A DNA stretch of 35,354 bases, taken from assembly GCA_038872815.1 (NCBI GenBank), contig JAVZFM010000001.1, positions 1-35,354 of the forward strand, written 5' to 3'. The notes beneath the pieces were generated by a model. It had not been told where the DNA came from and did not search any database. It was given only the letters and a program-made list of their open reading frames with translations. How positions within the stretch are numbered: the stretch's first letter is position 1; each line of letters starts with the position of its first letter. Source of the DNA: Candidatus Bathyarchaeia archaeon (GTDB lineage: Archaea; Thermoproteota; Bathyarchaeia; 40CM-2-53-6; JAVZFM01). Made by a program: the position numbers and the translations under genes. Shown in pieces: positions 17,945 through 25,294 of the stretch.

Positions 17945-19132
17945 TTGGTAGAACTTTCAGTTGAATTATGCGGTATAAAGTTTAAGAATCCTATCATAAA
18001 TGCAGCAGGGCCATTGGGCTATGATGGAAAAACATTAGTTAAAGTTGCAAAAGGAGGAGCTGGAGGCTTAGTAACTAAGACTATAAGCGTAACACCAGCT
18101 AAAGTTCCTAGACCTAACATGGCTTTAATCGATAGAGGAAAGCTCCTCTCTCATATGAGAATGAGCTTAAATGGAAGACCTATAGAGCTTACGAAGACAT
18201 CTATAAAAGCTACAAGCGGTATGTTAAACGTTGAGCTTTGGTCAGATATAACTTTTAAACAATGGATAGAAAAAGAAATTCCTATAGCCAAAACTACAGG
18301 CTTGCCTTTAATAGCTAGTTTAGGCTATAAGGCTGGCGATATGAGAAGAATGGCTAAAAAAATAGAAAAAGCAGGAGTAAATGCTATAGAATTTTCAACA
18401 CATTATGTTGGAATAGATCCAAAGCCTATAGTTGATGTTGCTAAAACTCTTAAAGAATTGGTTTCTATACCTGTATTCGCTAAGCTAAGTCCTCATACAC
18501 AAGAAATCTCATCGCTTGCAAAAGCTGTTGAAAAAGCAGGAGTAGATGGAATAGTTGCAATAAACTCTTTTGGGCCGTGCTTGCATATAGATATCGAAAC
18601 AGGAAAGCCATACTTAGGAGGAGAAAATGGCTATGGATGGATTTCAGGCTTACCAATTAAGCCATTGGCTATAAGATGTGTAGCAGAAATCGCTAAATCG
18701 GTAAAGATTCCGGTTATAGGCGTAGGAGGAATAGTAAGCGGAAACGACATAGTTGAGCATATAATGGCTGGAGCTTCAGCAGTTCAAGTTTGTACAAGCG
18801 CAATCATAGAAGGGCCTTCTATTTTTAGAAGGCTTGTTTCTGAATTAGAAGAATACATGAAATCTCATAAATACGATTCAATAGAAGATTTTAAAGGAAT
18901 TGCTTTAAAGCATTTGCCAAAAAAACCGATAAGAACAAAAAGCATTCCTCCTAAAATCGATATAGAAAAATGTAAAGGCTGTGGATTATGCGTAACTCCA
19001 TGCGTTTATGAAGCAATAAAAGTTGAGAAAAGACCAGGAATGCGTTCTCCTAAAGCATTCATAGATATAGAAAAATGTTATGGCTGTGGATTATGCGTAA
19101 GCTTATGCCCAACTATGGCTTTAAGTTTTTAA
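17945..19132 (+). CDS. PreA/DPD-type dihydropyrimidine dehydrogenase-like flavoprotein (DHODH fold) with a C-terminal 2x[4Fe-4S] domain
   Basis: 395 aa. TTG start 10 nt after GGAGG. Class-1 DHODH-like TIM barrel (GVGGI, NS.GP). The DPD/PreA-type segment PRPN...MLNVELWSDITFKQW is present. Two CxxCxxCxxxCP-type motifs at the C-terminus (CKGCGLCVTPC, CYGCGLCVSLCP). Confidence 0.7.
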   Translation: MVELSVELCGIKFKNPIINAAGPLGYDGKTLVKVAKGGAGGLVTKTISVTPAKVPRPNMALIDRGKLLSHMRMSLNGRPIELTKTSIKATSGMLNVELWSDITFKQWIEKEIPIAKTTGLPLIASLGYKAGDMRRMAKKIEKAGVNAIEFSTHYVGIDPKPIVDVAKTLKELVSIPVFAKLSPHTQEISSLAKAVEKAGVDGIVAINSFGPCLHIDIETGKPYLGGENGYGWISGLPIKPLAIRCVAEIAKSVKIPVIGVGGIVSGNDIVEHIMAGASAVQVCTSAIIEGPSIFRRLVSELEEYMKSHKYDSIEDFKGIALKHLPKKPIRTKSIPPKIDIEKCKGCGLCVTPCVYEAIKVEKRPGMRSPKAFIDIEKCYGCGLCVSLCPTMALSF

Positions 19133-19147
19133 ATAAAAGGTGATTTA

Positions 19148-19438
19148 ATGCCTGAAGTAATAGTTAAGCTATATACTTCTTTACGTGAAATAGCTGGTGA
19201 AAAAGAAACTAAAGTTAATGCAGAAACCATTAAAGAAGTCTTAAAAATCCTTTCAGAAAAATATGGAAATGAATTTAAAAATCATTTATTAGATGAAAAT
19301 GGGAACCTTAAGCCATTTTTCCATATAATGGTTAATGGACGTAAAATGGGGTTATTGGATGGAGTTGAAACAAGACTAAAAGATGGAGATGTTTTAGATA
19401 TTTTCCCTCCAGTAGGAGGAGGCTATTATGAGCATTGA
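19148..19438 (+). CDS. MoaD/ThiS-family ubiquitin-fold sulfur-carrier-like protein with a C-terminal extension past the Gly-Gly
   Basis: 96 aa with a beta-grasp pattern. Ends ...DIFPPVGGGYYEH instead of ...GG. Its stop overlaps the AOR start (ATGAGCATTGA). Confidence 0.7.
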   Translation: MPEVIVKLYTSLREIAGEKETKVNAETIKEVLKILSEKYGNEFKNHLLDENGNLKPFFHIMVNGRKMGLLDGVETRLKDGDVLDIFPPVGGGYYEH

Positions 19439-21350
19439 ATTCGATTATAAAGGCTATGCTGGAAAAATCCTTCGTGTAAACTTAAGCAAAAAAGAAATAA
19501 AGACTCAACCATTAAAAAAAGAGCTTGCAAGAAATTATATAGGAGGATCTGGATTTGCTATAAGAATTCTTTACGATGAACTTAAACCAGGTATAGATCC
19601 TTTAGGAGCTGAAAATAAGCTATTCATAGGAACAGGCCCTTTAACTGGTACTTTATGGGCAAATGCTGGAAGATTCATGGTAGCAGCCAAATCTCCTTTA
19701 ACTGGAATATGGGGAGAATCCCATTGTGGAGGACATTTTGGACCTGAGCTTAAGTATGCTGGCTATGATGCTATTTTAATAGAAGGAATTTCTAAAGAAC
19801 CTACTTATTTAAGAATAATCGATGATGAAGTTAAGCTAGAAAATGCAAGCCATATTTGGGGAAAGGATGTTCATGAAGCTTGCGATATAATCCTTAAAGA
19901 CCTTCAAGAAAATGCTCAAATAACTTGTATAGGCCAAGCTGGAGAAAATCTAGTAAGGTTTGCTTCAATAATAACAAATTATTATAGGGCTGTAGGCCGT
20001 ACAGGAATGGGAGCTGTTATGGGCTCTAAAAAGCTAAAGGCTATAGTAGTAAAAGGAAGTAAGCCTGTTGAAGTAGTGGATCAAGATAAGTTTATAGAAC
20101 TGGCAAATGAAGCTGGAAAAAGAGTTTTAGCTCATCCACAAGCTCAAGCAATGAATATGTATGGAACTCCTTTACTGGTAATGGCTAAACAAAGCATAGG
20201 AGAATTACCAACAAAAAACCATTATACAGGAATATTTCCAAATGCTGAAGCTTTAAGCGCTGAAACTATAAGGGAAAAATATTGGAAAGCTACTAAAGCT
20301 TGTTTTTCATGCTATACTATGTGTAAAAAAGCAAATTATGTAAAGCAAAGTAAGTATGGAAGCATTTTTACTGAAGGACCAGAATATGAAACTATTATGG
20401 CTTTTGGAACAAATTGCTATGTCGATGATTTTAATACTGTGCTTTATGCTAATCTTTTATGCGATAGGTATGGCTTAGATACTATCTCAACTGGAAAAGT
20501 CATATCTTTTGCAATGGAATGCTATGAAAAAGGAATAATCACTAAAGAAGATGCTAATGGGCTCGATTTATCATGGGGAAATGCTGATACACTTATAACA
20601 TTAATTCATAAAATTGCTAAAAGAGAAGGCTTTGGAAATATACTTGCTGAAGGAGTAAGAAAAGCATCTAGTATAATAGGAAAAGGATCAGAAAAGTATG
20701 CAATGCATGTAAAAGGCTTAGAAATTTCAGGCCAAGATGGAAGAACTCATAGATCAGTTGCTTTAACTCATGCTGTAAACAATAGAGGAGCAGATCATTT
20801 AAGATCTTTAGTCACAGTTGATCAACTTGGTTATGAAGAAACTGCAAAAGAAAGATGGGGAAGTGATAAGCTTCCAGAAATATGCGATCCTTATTCAGAA
20901 AGGTATAAAGCTTTAGCTGTTTATACATGCGAAAACGTTTATGCAATAAGGGATTCATTAATAGTATGCTGGTATACAGTTGGATGGCCTCCTATATTTT
21001 GGATAGAGGATTTTGCAAAAGTACTTCCATTGGTTACTGGTGAGTTTGCTTTTAGCAATAAAGAAGAATTAATAAAAATAGGTGAAAGGATAGTAAACCT
21101 TGAAAGATGCTTTAATGTAAGAGAAGGAATTTCTGTAAAAGACGATACATTGCCAGATAGGTTTATAAAAGAACCTATGCCTGAAGGCCCTGGTAAAGGA
21201 CAAGTTGCTAATTTAAAAATAATGCTTGAAGAATATTATTTGCTAAGAGGTTGGGAAAATGGAATTCCAAAGCTTGAAACTTTAAAAAGGCTTGAGCTTT
21301 TTGATGCTGCAGAGGAATTGATTAAAACGGGAAAAATAAAAACTTTTTGA
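19428..21350 (+). CDS. Aldehyde:ferredoxin oxidoreductase family tungstopterin enzyme (paralog 2)
   Basis: 640 aa. GYAGKILRVNLS N-terminus, CFSCYTMC cluster motif, and GLDTIS and NNRGADHLRS blocks. Confidence 0.9.
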   Translation: MSIEFDYKGYAGKILRVNLSKKEIKTQPLKKELARNYIGGSGFAIRILYDELKPGIDPLGAENKLFIGTGPLTGTLWANAGRFMVAAKSPLTGIWGESHCGGHFGPELKYAGYDAILIEGISKEPTYLRIIDDEVKLENASHIWGKDVHEACDIILKDLQENAQITCIGQAGENLVRFASIITNYYRAVGRTGMGAVMGSKKLKAIVVKGSKPVEVVDQDKFIELANEAGKRVLAHPQAQAMNMYGTPLLVMAKQSIGELPTKNHYTGIFPNAEALSAETIREKYWKATKACFSCYTMCKKANYVKQSKYGSIFTEGPEYETIMAFGTNCYVDDFNTVLYANLLCDRYGLDTISTGKVISFAMECYEKGIITKEDANGLDLSWGNADTLITLIHKIAKREGFGNILAEGVRKASSIIGKGSEKYAMHVKGLEISGQDGRTHRSVALTHAVNNRGADHLRSLVTVDQLGYEETAKERWGSDKLPEICDPYSERYKALAVYTCENVYAIRDSLIVCWYTVGWPPIFWIEDFAKVLPLVTGEFAFSNKEELIKIGERIVNLERCFNVREGISVKDDTLPDRFIKEPMPEGPGKGQVANLKIMLEEYYLLRGWENGIPKLETLKRLELFDAAEELIKTGKIKTF

Positions 21351-21359
21351 AGTGATTTA

Positions 21360-22709
21360 ATGAAAGTTAAAGTTTTAAAAAATTGTAAAATAGTCACAAG
21401 TGAAGCTATAGTAGAATGCGATATCTTAATAGAGAATGGAAAAATATCTAAGATTAAAAAATCTATTCCAAACTTTAATGTTGATGAAATAATCGATGTT
21501 AAAGGAAACATAGTACTCCCTAGCCCTATAGATGCTCATGCACATTTATATGATCAAGCCTATCTTTATCGAGAAGATTTTCAAACTGGAACGATTTCAG
21601 CCGCTTTTGGAGGAATAACTACAGTTATTGAAATGGTTTTACAAACTCCAGTAGATTCTTCAAGGCTTATAAAAGAAAAAATCGGGATAGGCGAAAAAAA
21701 TTCTTTAATAGACTTTTCACTCCATGCTGGAATGATGAATGAAAAAAATTTAGAAAACATGAAAGAAATCGTAAAGCTAGGAGTTAAATCTTTTAAAACT
21801 TTTATGTGTAAGCCCTACTATGTAAGCGATGAAACATTATTCAAGCTATTGTTAAAAGCCTCCAGTCTTAATGCTTTAATAAATGTTCATGCTGAGGATG
21901 AATCTATAGTAGAAAGCAATACTTTAAAGCTTTTAGAAAAAGGAAGAAAAGATCCATTAGCCCATAATGAATCTAGGCCTAATGAAGCTGAAGCAATAGC
22001 TATTCAAAAGGCTATAAAATCAACAGAAAAAGCTAAAGCCAGGTTGCATATTTCTCATATGTCCACTCATGAAGGTGTTAATCTAGTGAAAAAAGCTAAA
22101 AGCGAAGGCATTAAAGTTACTGCTGAAACTTGTCCACATTATTTAGTTTTTACAAAAGAAGATGTATTGAAAAAAGGTCCTTACTTAAAAATGAACCCTC
22201 CATTAAAAGGCAATGAAGATAAAGAAGCTCTTTGGAAAGGCTTAAAAAATGGTTTTGTTGATATAGTGACTTCTGAGCATGCTCCTGGAACCATGGAAGA
22301 AAAGGAAAAAGGATGGACTAACATATGGGAAGCTTGGGGAGGAATCCCAAGTATAGAAACAATGCTCCCAATTTTAATAAGCGAAGGAGTTAATAAAAAT
22401 AGATTAAGCTTTATAGATTTATACAAGATTTTATGCTTAAATCCTGCAAAAATTTTTGGGCTTTATCCAACGAAAGGTAGCTTGAATGAAGTAAGCGATG
22501 CTGATTTTGTTGTTATAGATAGAAAATTGGAGAAAAAAATTAAAAATGAAAGCCTACATTATAAAGTAGGATGGAACCCTTATGAAGGAATGGTTTTAAA
22601 AGGTTGGCCTATAATTACTATAGTACGTGGTGAGATAATAGTTAAAGATGGAGAATTGTTTCAAAAACCTGGGTATGGAAAGTTTGTTCAAATGAAAAAT
22701 CTCGTTTAG
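21360..22709 (+). CDS. Cyclic amidohydrolase (dihydropyrimidinase / allantoinase / type-I dihydroorotase-like)
   Basis: 449 aa. Motifs: IDAHAHL (HxH), VKSFKTFM (carbamyl-Lys context), NVHAED, HISHMST, ETCPHYL, and VTSEHAP where the family normally has (S/T)DH(A/S)P. Confidence 0.75.
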   Translation: MKVKVLKNCKIVTSEAIVECDILIENGKISKIKKSIPNFNVDEIIDVKGNIVLPSPIDAHAHLYDQAYLYREDFQTGTISAAFGGITTVIEMVLQTPVDSSRLIKEKIGIGEKNSLIDFSLHAGMMNEKNLENMKEIVKLGVKSFKTFMCKPYYVSDETLFKLLLKASSLNALINVHAEDESIVESNTLKLLEKGRKDPLAHNESRPNEAEAIAIQKAIKSTEKAKARLHISHMSTHEGVNLVKKAKSEGIKVTAETCPHYLVFTKEDVLKKGPYLKMNPPLKGNEDKEALWKGLKNGFVDIVTSEHAPGTMEEKEKGWTNIWEAWGGIPSIETMLPILISEGVNKNRLSFIDLYKILCLNPAKIFGLYPTKGSLNEVSDADFVVIDRKLEKKIKNESLHYKVGWNPYEGMVLKGWPIITIVRGEIIVKDGELFQKPGYGKFVQMKNLV

Positions 22710-22720
22710 GGGGTTAAAAA

Positions 22721-23110
22721 TTGCGTTTAGCAGTTGAGCCTGGAAAATGTACTGGATGTAGAATATGTGAGTTAAGATGTGCTTTATTATTTGAAAAAGC
22801 AAATAATCCTAAAAAAGCTAGGATTAGAGTAGTTAGAGCTGAGCCTGCAATAGATGAACCAATTTTTTGTATTCAATGTGATAATCCTCCATGCGTTGAA
22901 GTTTGTCCAACTAAAGCTTTAGAGAAAAATCCTAAAACTGGGGTTGTAATTTTAAAAGAAGATTTATGCATAGGCTGTAGAGCATGTGTATTGGCATGTC
23001 CTTATGGAGCTATGCTTGTTAATCCTGATAATGGAAAAGTTTTAAAATGTGTTGCATGTGGATATTGCGTTAAATATTGTCCAGTTCAATGCTTAAAAAT
23101 AATCAAATAA
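22721..23110 (+). CDS. Four-cluster [4Fe-4S] polyferredoxin (paralog of 12567-13061)
   Basis: 129 aa. TTG start after a GGGGG purine run. Motifs: CTGCRICELRC, CIQCDNPPCVEVCP, CIGCRACVLACP, CVACGYCVKYCP. Confidence 0.8.
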   Translation: MRLAVEPGKCTGCRICELRCALLFEKANNPKKARIRVVRAEPAIDEPIFCIQCDNPPCVEVCPTKALEKNPKTGVVILKEDLCIGCRACVLACPYGAMLVNPDNGKVLKCVACGYCVKYCPVQCLKIIK

Positions 23111-23113
23111 GCC

Positions 23114-23127
23114 TTTTTTACTTTTTT
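23114..23127 (+). terminator. T6-AC-T6 tract immediately after the last gene of the plus-strand operon
   Basis: TTTTTTACTTTTTT starts 4 nt after the TAA at 23108-23110 and overlaps the 3' end of the convergent cupin gene. Confidence 0.4.
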
Positions 23128-23486
23128 GGGAGCTCTGTGGGCGGACTGTAAAAAGCTATAAGGATCATTTCTTCTTTTTCGCTAGTATTTTTGTATTGAT
23201 GCATTTCATTTGGAGGTATGAACACGATATAATTCGTCTTAAATTTCCTTACTTTATCACTACATTTAACTTCACCTTCTCCTTTTATAATGTAACATAT
23301 TTCTTCCGAGTTTGGATGCGAGTGTTCTGAGCTTGCTTGAAGCGGGGGAAAAATTCCTACATGAACTTTCATGTTTTTAGACGTATACACAAGCTTTAGC
23401 CGCCTGTATGTATTATTTGTTTTATCACCTATCCAACTGCCTTCTATTTCATCTATATTTATAACCTCCAATTTAACCTCACCCAT
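23118..23486 (-). CDS. Small cupin-domain protein (paralog-like of 6121-6453)
   Basis: 122 aa. Cupin motifs SEHSHPNSEEICYIIKGEGE and NEMHQYKN. Confidence 0.75.
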   Translation of the reverse strand: MGEVKLEVINIDEIEGSWIGDKTNNTYRRLKLVYTSKNMKVHVGIFPPLQASSEHSHPNSEEICYIIKGEGEVKCSDKVRKFKTNYIVFIPPNEMHQYKNTSEKEEMILIAFYSPPTELPKK

Positions 23487-23674
23487 TTTAGCAATTTAAA
23501 AATATTATGTGGGTAAAAAGCTTTAAAGCTTAAGGAACTAAAAAATGAAATAGAATAGGCATAACAGCTCTTTTAAGGACAATAGAATATGTTATCTACT
23601 ATTGCTAAGAGAATGCCTATTGTTAGTAATGAAGAAGAGCTTAGAAAAAACCAATTTTTAAGTGTTGGTTATGT

Positions 23675-24130
23675 TGCCTTTATGCTGGGATACTGTTGAA
23701 TTTCAAGTATGATCTGCCAGTTAATGTTGAAAGCGAACCTACGAGAGGTGCTACATCTCCAGTAACTCTTAATGGGACATTATGCAATTCAGAAGTGCTT
23801 AGTGAAATAGTCTTAAATCAAATGCTCCAAGTAGATTGTGCGTTTATTTTATAGGATTTACTAATACTTTAGATTTTAAAACTATTATGCCATTATCGAA
23901 CTCTCCTGAGTCTGAATTTTGCTGTGGCAGGGACTTATTAGCTAAGTACTATAGTGTACCCTCGCTTTCATGGATTTGCACTGATTCTAAAATGGTAGAT
24001 GAACAATCATGTATCGAAAAGGCATTAATGAGTATGCTTCATATAACATCTGGAAATCATTTATGGGAAATTGACTCTAGAATTTAAATCTTCATTTAGC
24101 TTAGAACAAGCCATAATTGATAATGAAGAA
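23675..24130 (+). pseudogene. MttB-superfamily (trimethylamine / glycine-betaine-type corrinoid methyltransferase) gene remnant. It lacks the N-terminal part and is frameshifted twice.
   Basis: Three frame segments:
- ...YAGILLNFKYDLPVNVESEPTRGATSPVTLNGTLCNSEVLSEIVLNQMLQVDCAFIL* (ends 23854)
- CVYFIGFTNTLDFKTIMPLSNSPESEFCCGRDLLAKYYSVPSLSWICTDSKMVDEQSCIEKALMSMLHITSGNHLW... (23836-24087)
- ...SFSLEQAIIDNEE (to about 24130)

These follow the remembered MttB order: maGAtAPvTlAG..aE.L.G..L.Q, P...G.f...DMk.G...PE, A.yY.lP...g...DsK..D.Q..yEk, S.E..iiD.E. Confidence 0.6.
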
Positions 24131-24505
24131 ACTAAAAAGAAACTTAAAGATAAACTTCCAACTTATTGTATTATTGGAAATCCAGTTGATTTAACTGGAA
24201 GCGCAACCTCAAACGATTATAGCATCTCAATGGAAATATTGCTTGAAGACCCCAATGTGGACCTTATCATGCCATTCTTTGTTTTTCAAGATGCTCCTCT
24301 TGATGAAAATATAATTGAAATAATCCCAAAATTCCAAAAATATGGAAAACCTATTGTATGTTGTAGTTCCGGAGGACCGTACACAATAAGATTATCAAAA
24401 ATTCTTGAAAAAAAAGGAATTCCTGTATATCCAACACCTGAAAGAGCTGTTGCAGCTGCTTATGCATTAATAACTAGAGGAAAACAATTATTTAAAAATA
24501 ATTAA
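24071..24505 (+). pseudogene. Chimeric remnant ORF. The first ~20 codons are the MttB-like tail. The rest is the C-terminal third of an ADP-forming acyl-CoA synthetase alpha subunit.
   Basis: From about 24131 the ORF reads TKKKLKDKLPTYCIIGNPVDLTGSATSNDYSISMEILLEDPNVDLIMPFFVF...KPIVCCSSGG...GIPVYPTPERAVAAAYAL. This matches the C-terminal CoA-ligase/flavodoxin-like domain of ACD alpha (NPvDltg.A ... D..vD.v.v ... KPvv ... giP.y..pe.Av.A). The roughly 300 N-terminal residues of such enzymes are absent. Confidence 0.55.
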
Positions 24506-24588
24506 TTGAAATTATTTTTAACTCGATCAACTCCTTAAATATATGAATATGTTAGCTTCATAAATGTTCAAACGATGAAAGATCATTT

Positions 24589-25008
24589 TTAAGCCCTTTT
24601 TTCTGAAGCTCTGGTTTTTTCTTTTGGCTCCCATCTAAATCTCCATAATCCTTTACCAAAAGATTCTACAGCTATTTCCAATTCTTCTGCTAACATATCG
24701 TTAATTAATGCTTCATCAGCTAATGGAGATACCACTATATCCACTAATACTTCTTTAGATTCTAAATCTTCAGTTATTATTTTTGTATAAGCTTTTCTAG
24801 GATAATACCAAACTCTTAATGGTCCTCCTGCACTCTCTAAAGTTATTTCGCTTGCTTCTTCAGGAGGCCATAGCCCTAAAGATCTTGCAATGTTTATTGG
24901 TACTAAAAGTTGTGGTGTTGGAGCTTCATAACCGCTATTCAACAATGCAACAGTATCGATGAACTTATTGTCCACTATTCTTATCCTTAACTTTAACCTT
25001 ACTGCCAT
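24589..25008 (-). CDS. Hypothetical protein, possibly a retropepsin-like (clan AA, AF_0612-type) fold with the catalytic Asp replaced
   Basis: 139 aa. The pattern VALLNSGYEAP..LLVPINIARSLGL ... ESAGG ... ALINDMLAEELEIAV resembles ..alvDTGf.g.l.lP...a..LGL ... adG ... LLG...Le.l.l.vd of small archaeal aspartic proteases, but reads NSG where DTG/DSG is expected. Confidence 0.35.
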   Translation of the reverse strand: MAVRLKLRIRIVDNKFIDTVALLNSGYEAPTPQLLVPINIARSLGLWPPEEASEITLESAGGPLRVWYYPRKAYTKIITEDLESKEVLVDIVVSPLADEALINDMLAEELEIAVESFGKGLWRFRWEPKEKTRASEKRA

Positions 25009-25294
25009 GCTTTACTACCTTAATTTTGCCAACTCGTCCAAAATACTTAAACTTTATTCTCCCAACAAATATTCTTTTAAAAGGCATTTTCCTTTCCTTA
25101 AAGATTTTATAATTGAACTCATATAAAAATTATTGGATTCATGAAGACATTTCGCTTTCTACAATCATTGGTTTTAGATTTTAATAGGCTTATACTTACT
25201 CTTTTCATTAAACAATTTTAAAATTCTTTCGATGACTTGTTTTATTCGCTTAGTTTATAAAGCGCTTACAAAAAATAGCTTATGGAGATTGTAA

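Noticed and set aside
21236-22802. ORFs 21236-21511(-), 22181-22426(-) and 22596-22802(-), and likewise 1928-2191(+), 7010-7231(+), 27378-27581(+), 28184-28531(+) and 30386-30571(-)
   Set aside because: All lie antisense to strongly supported genes and show shadow-ORF composition. None has an independent start context or motifs.
23487-25294. Idea that the 23.5-25.3 kb segment (gene wrecks plus small orphan ORFs) is a degraded mobile element or provirus
   Set aside because: There is no integrase, transposase, terminal inverted or direct repeats, or adjacent tRNA gene. The recognisable remnants are metabolic genes (MttB, ACD). Deletion-driven decay explains the region without invoking a mobile element.
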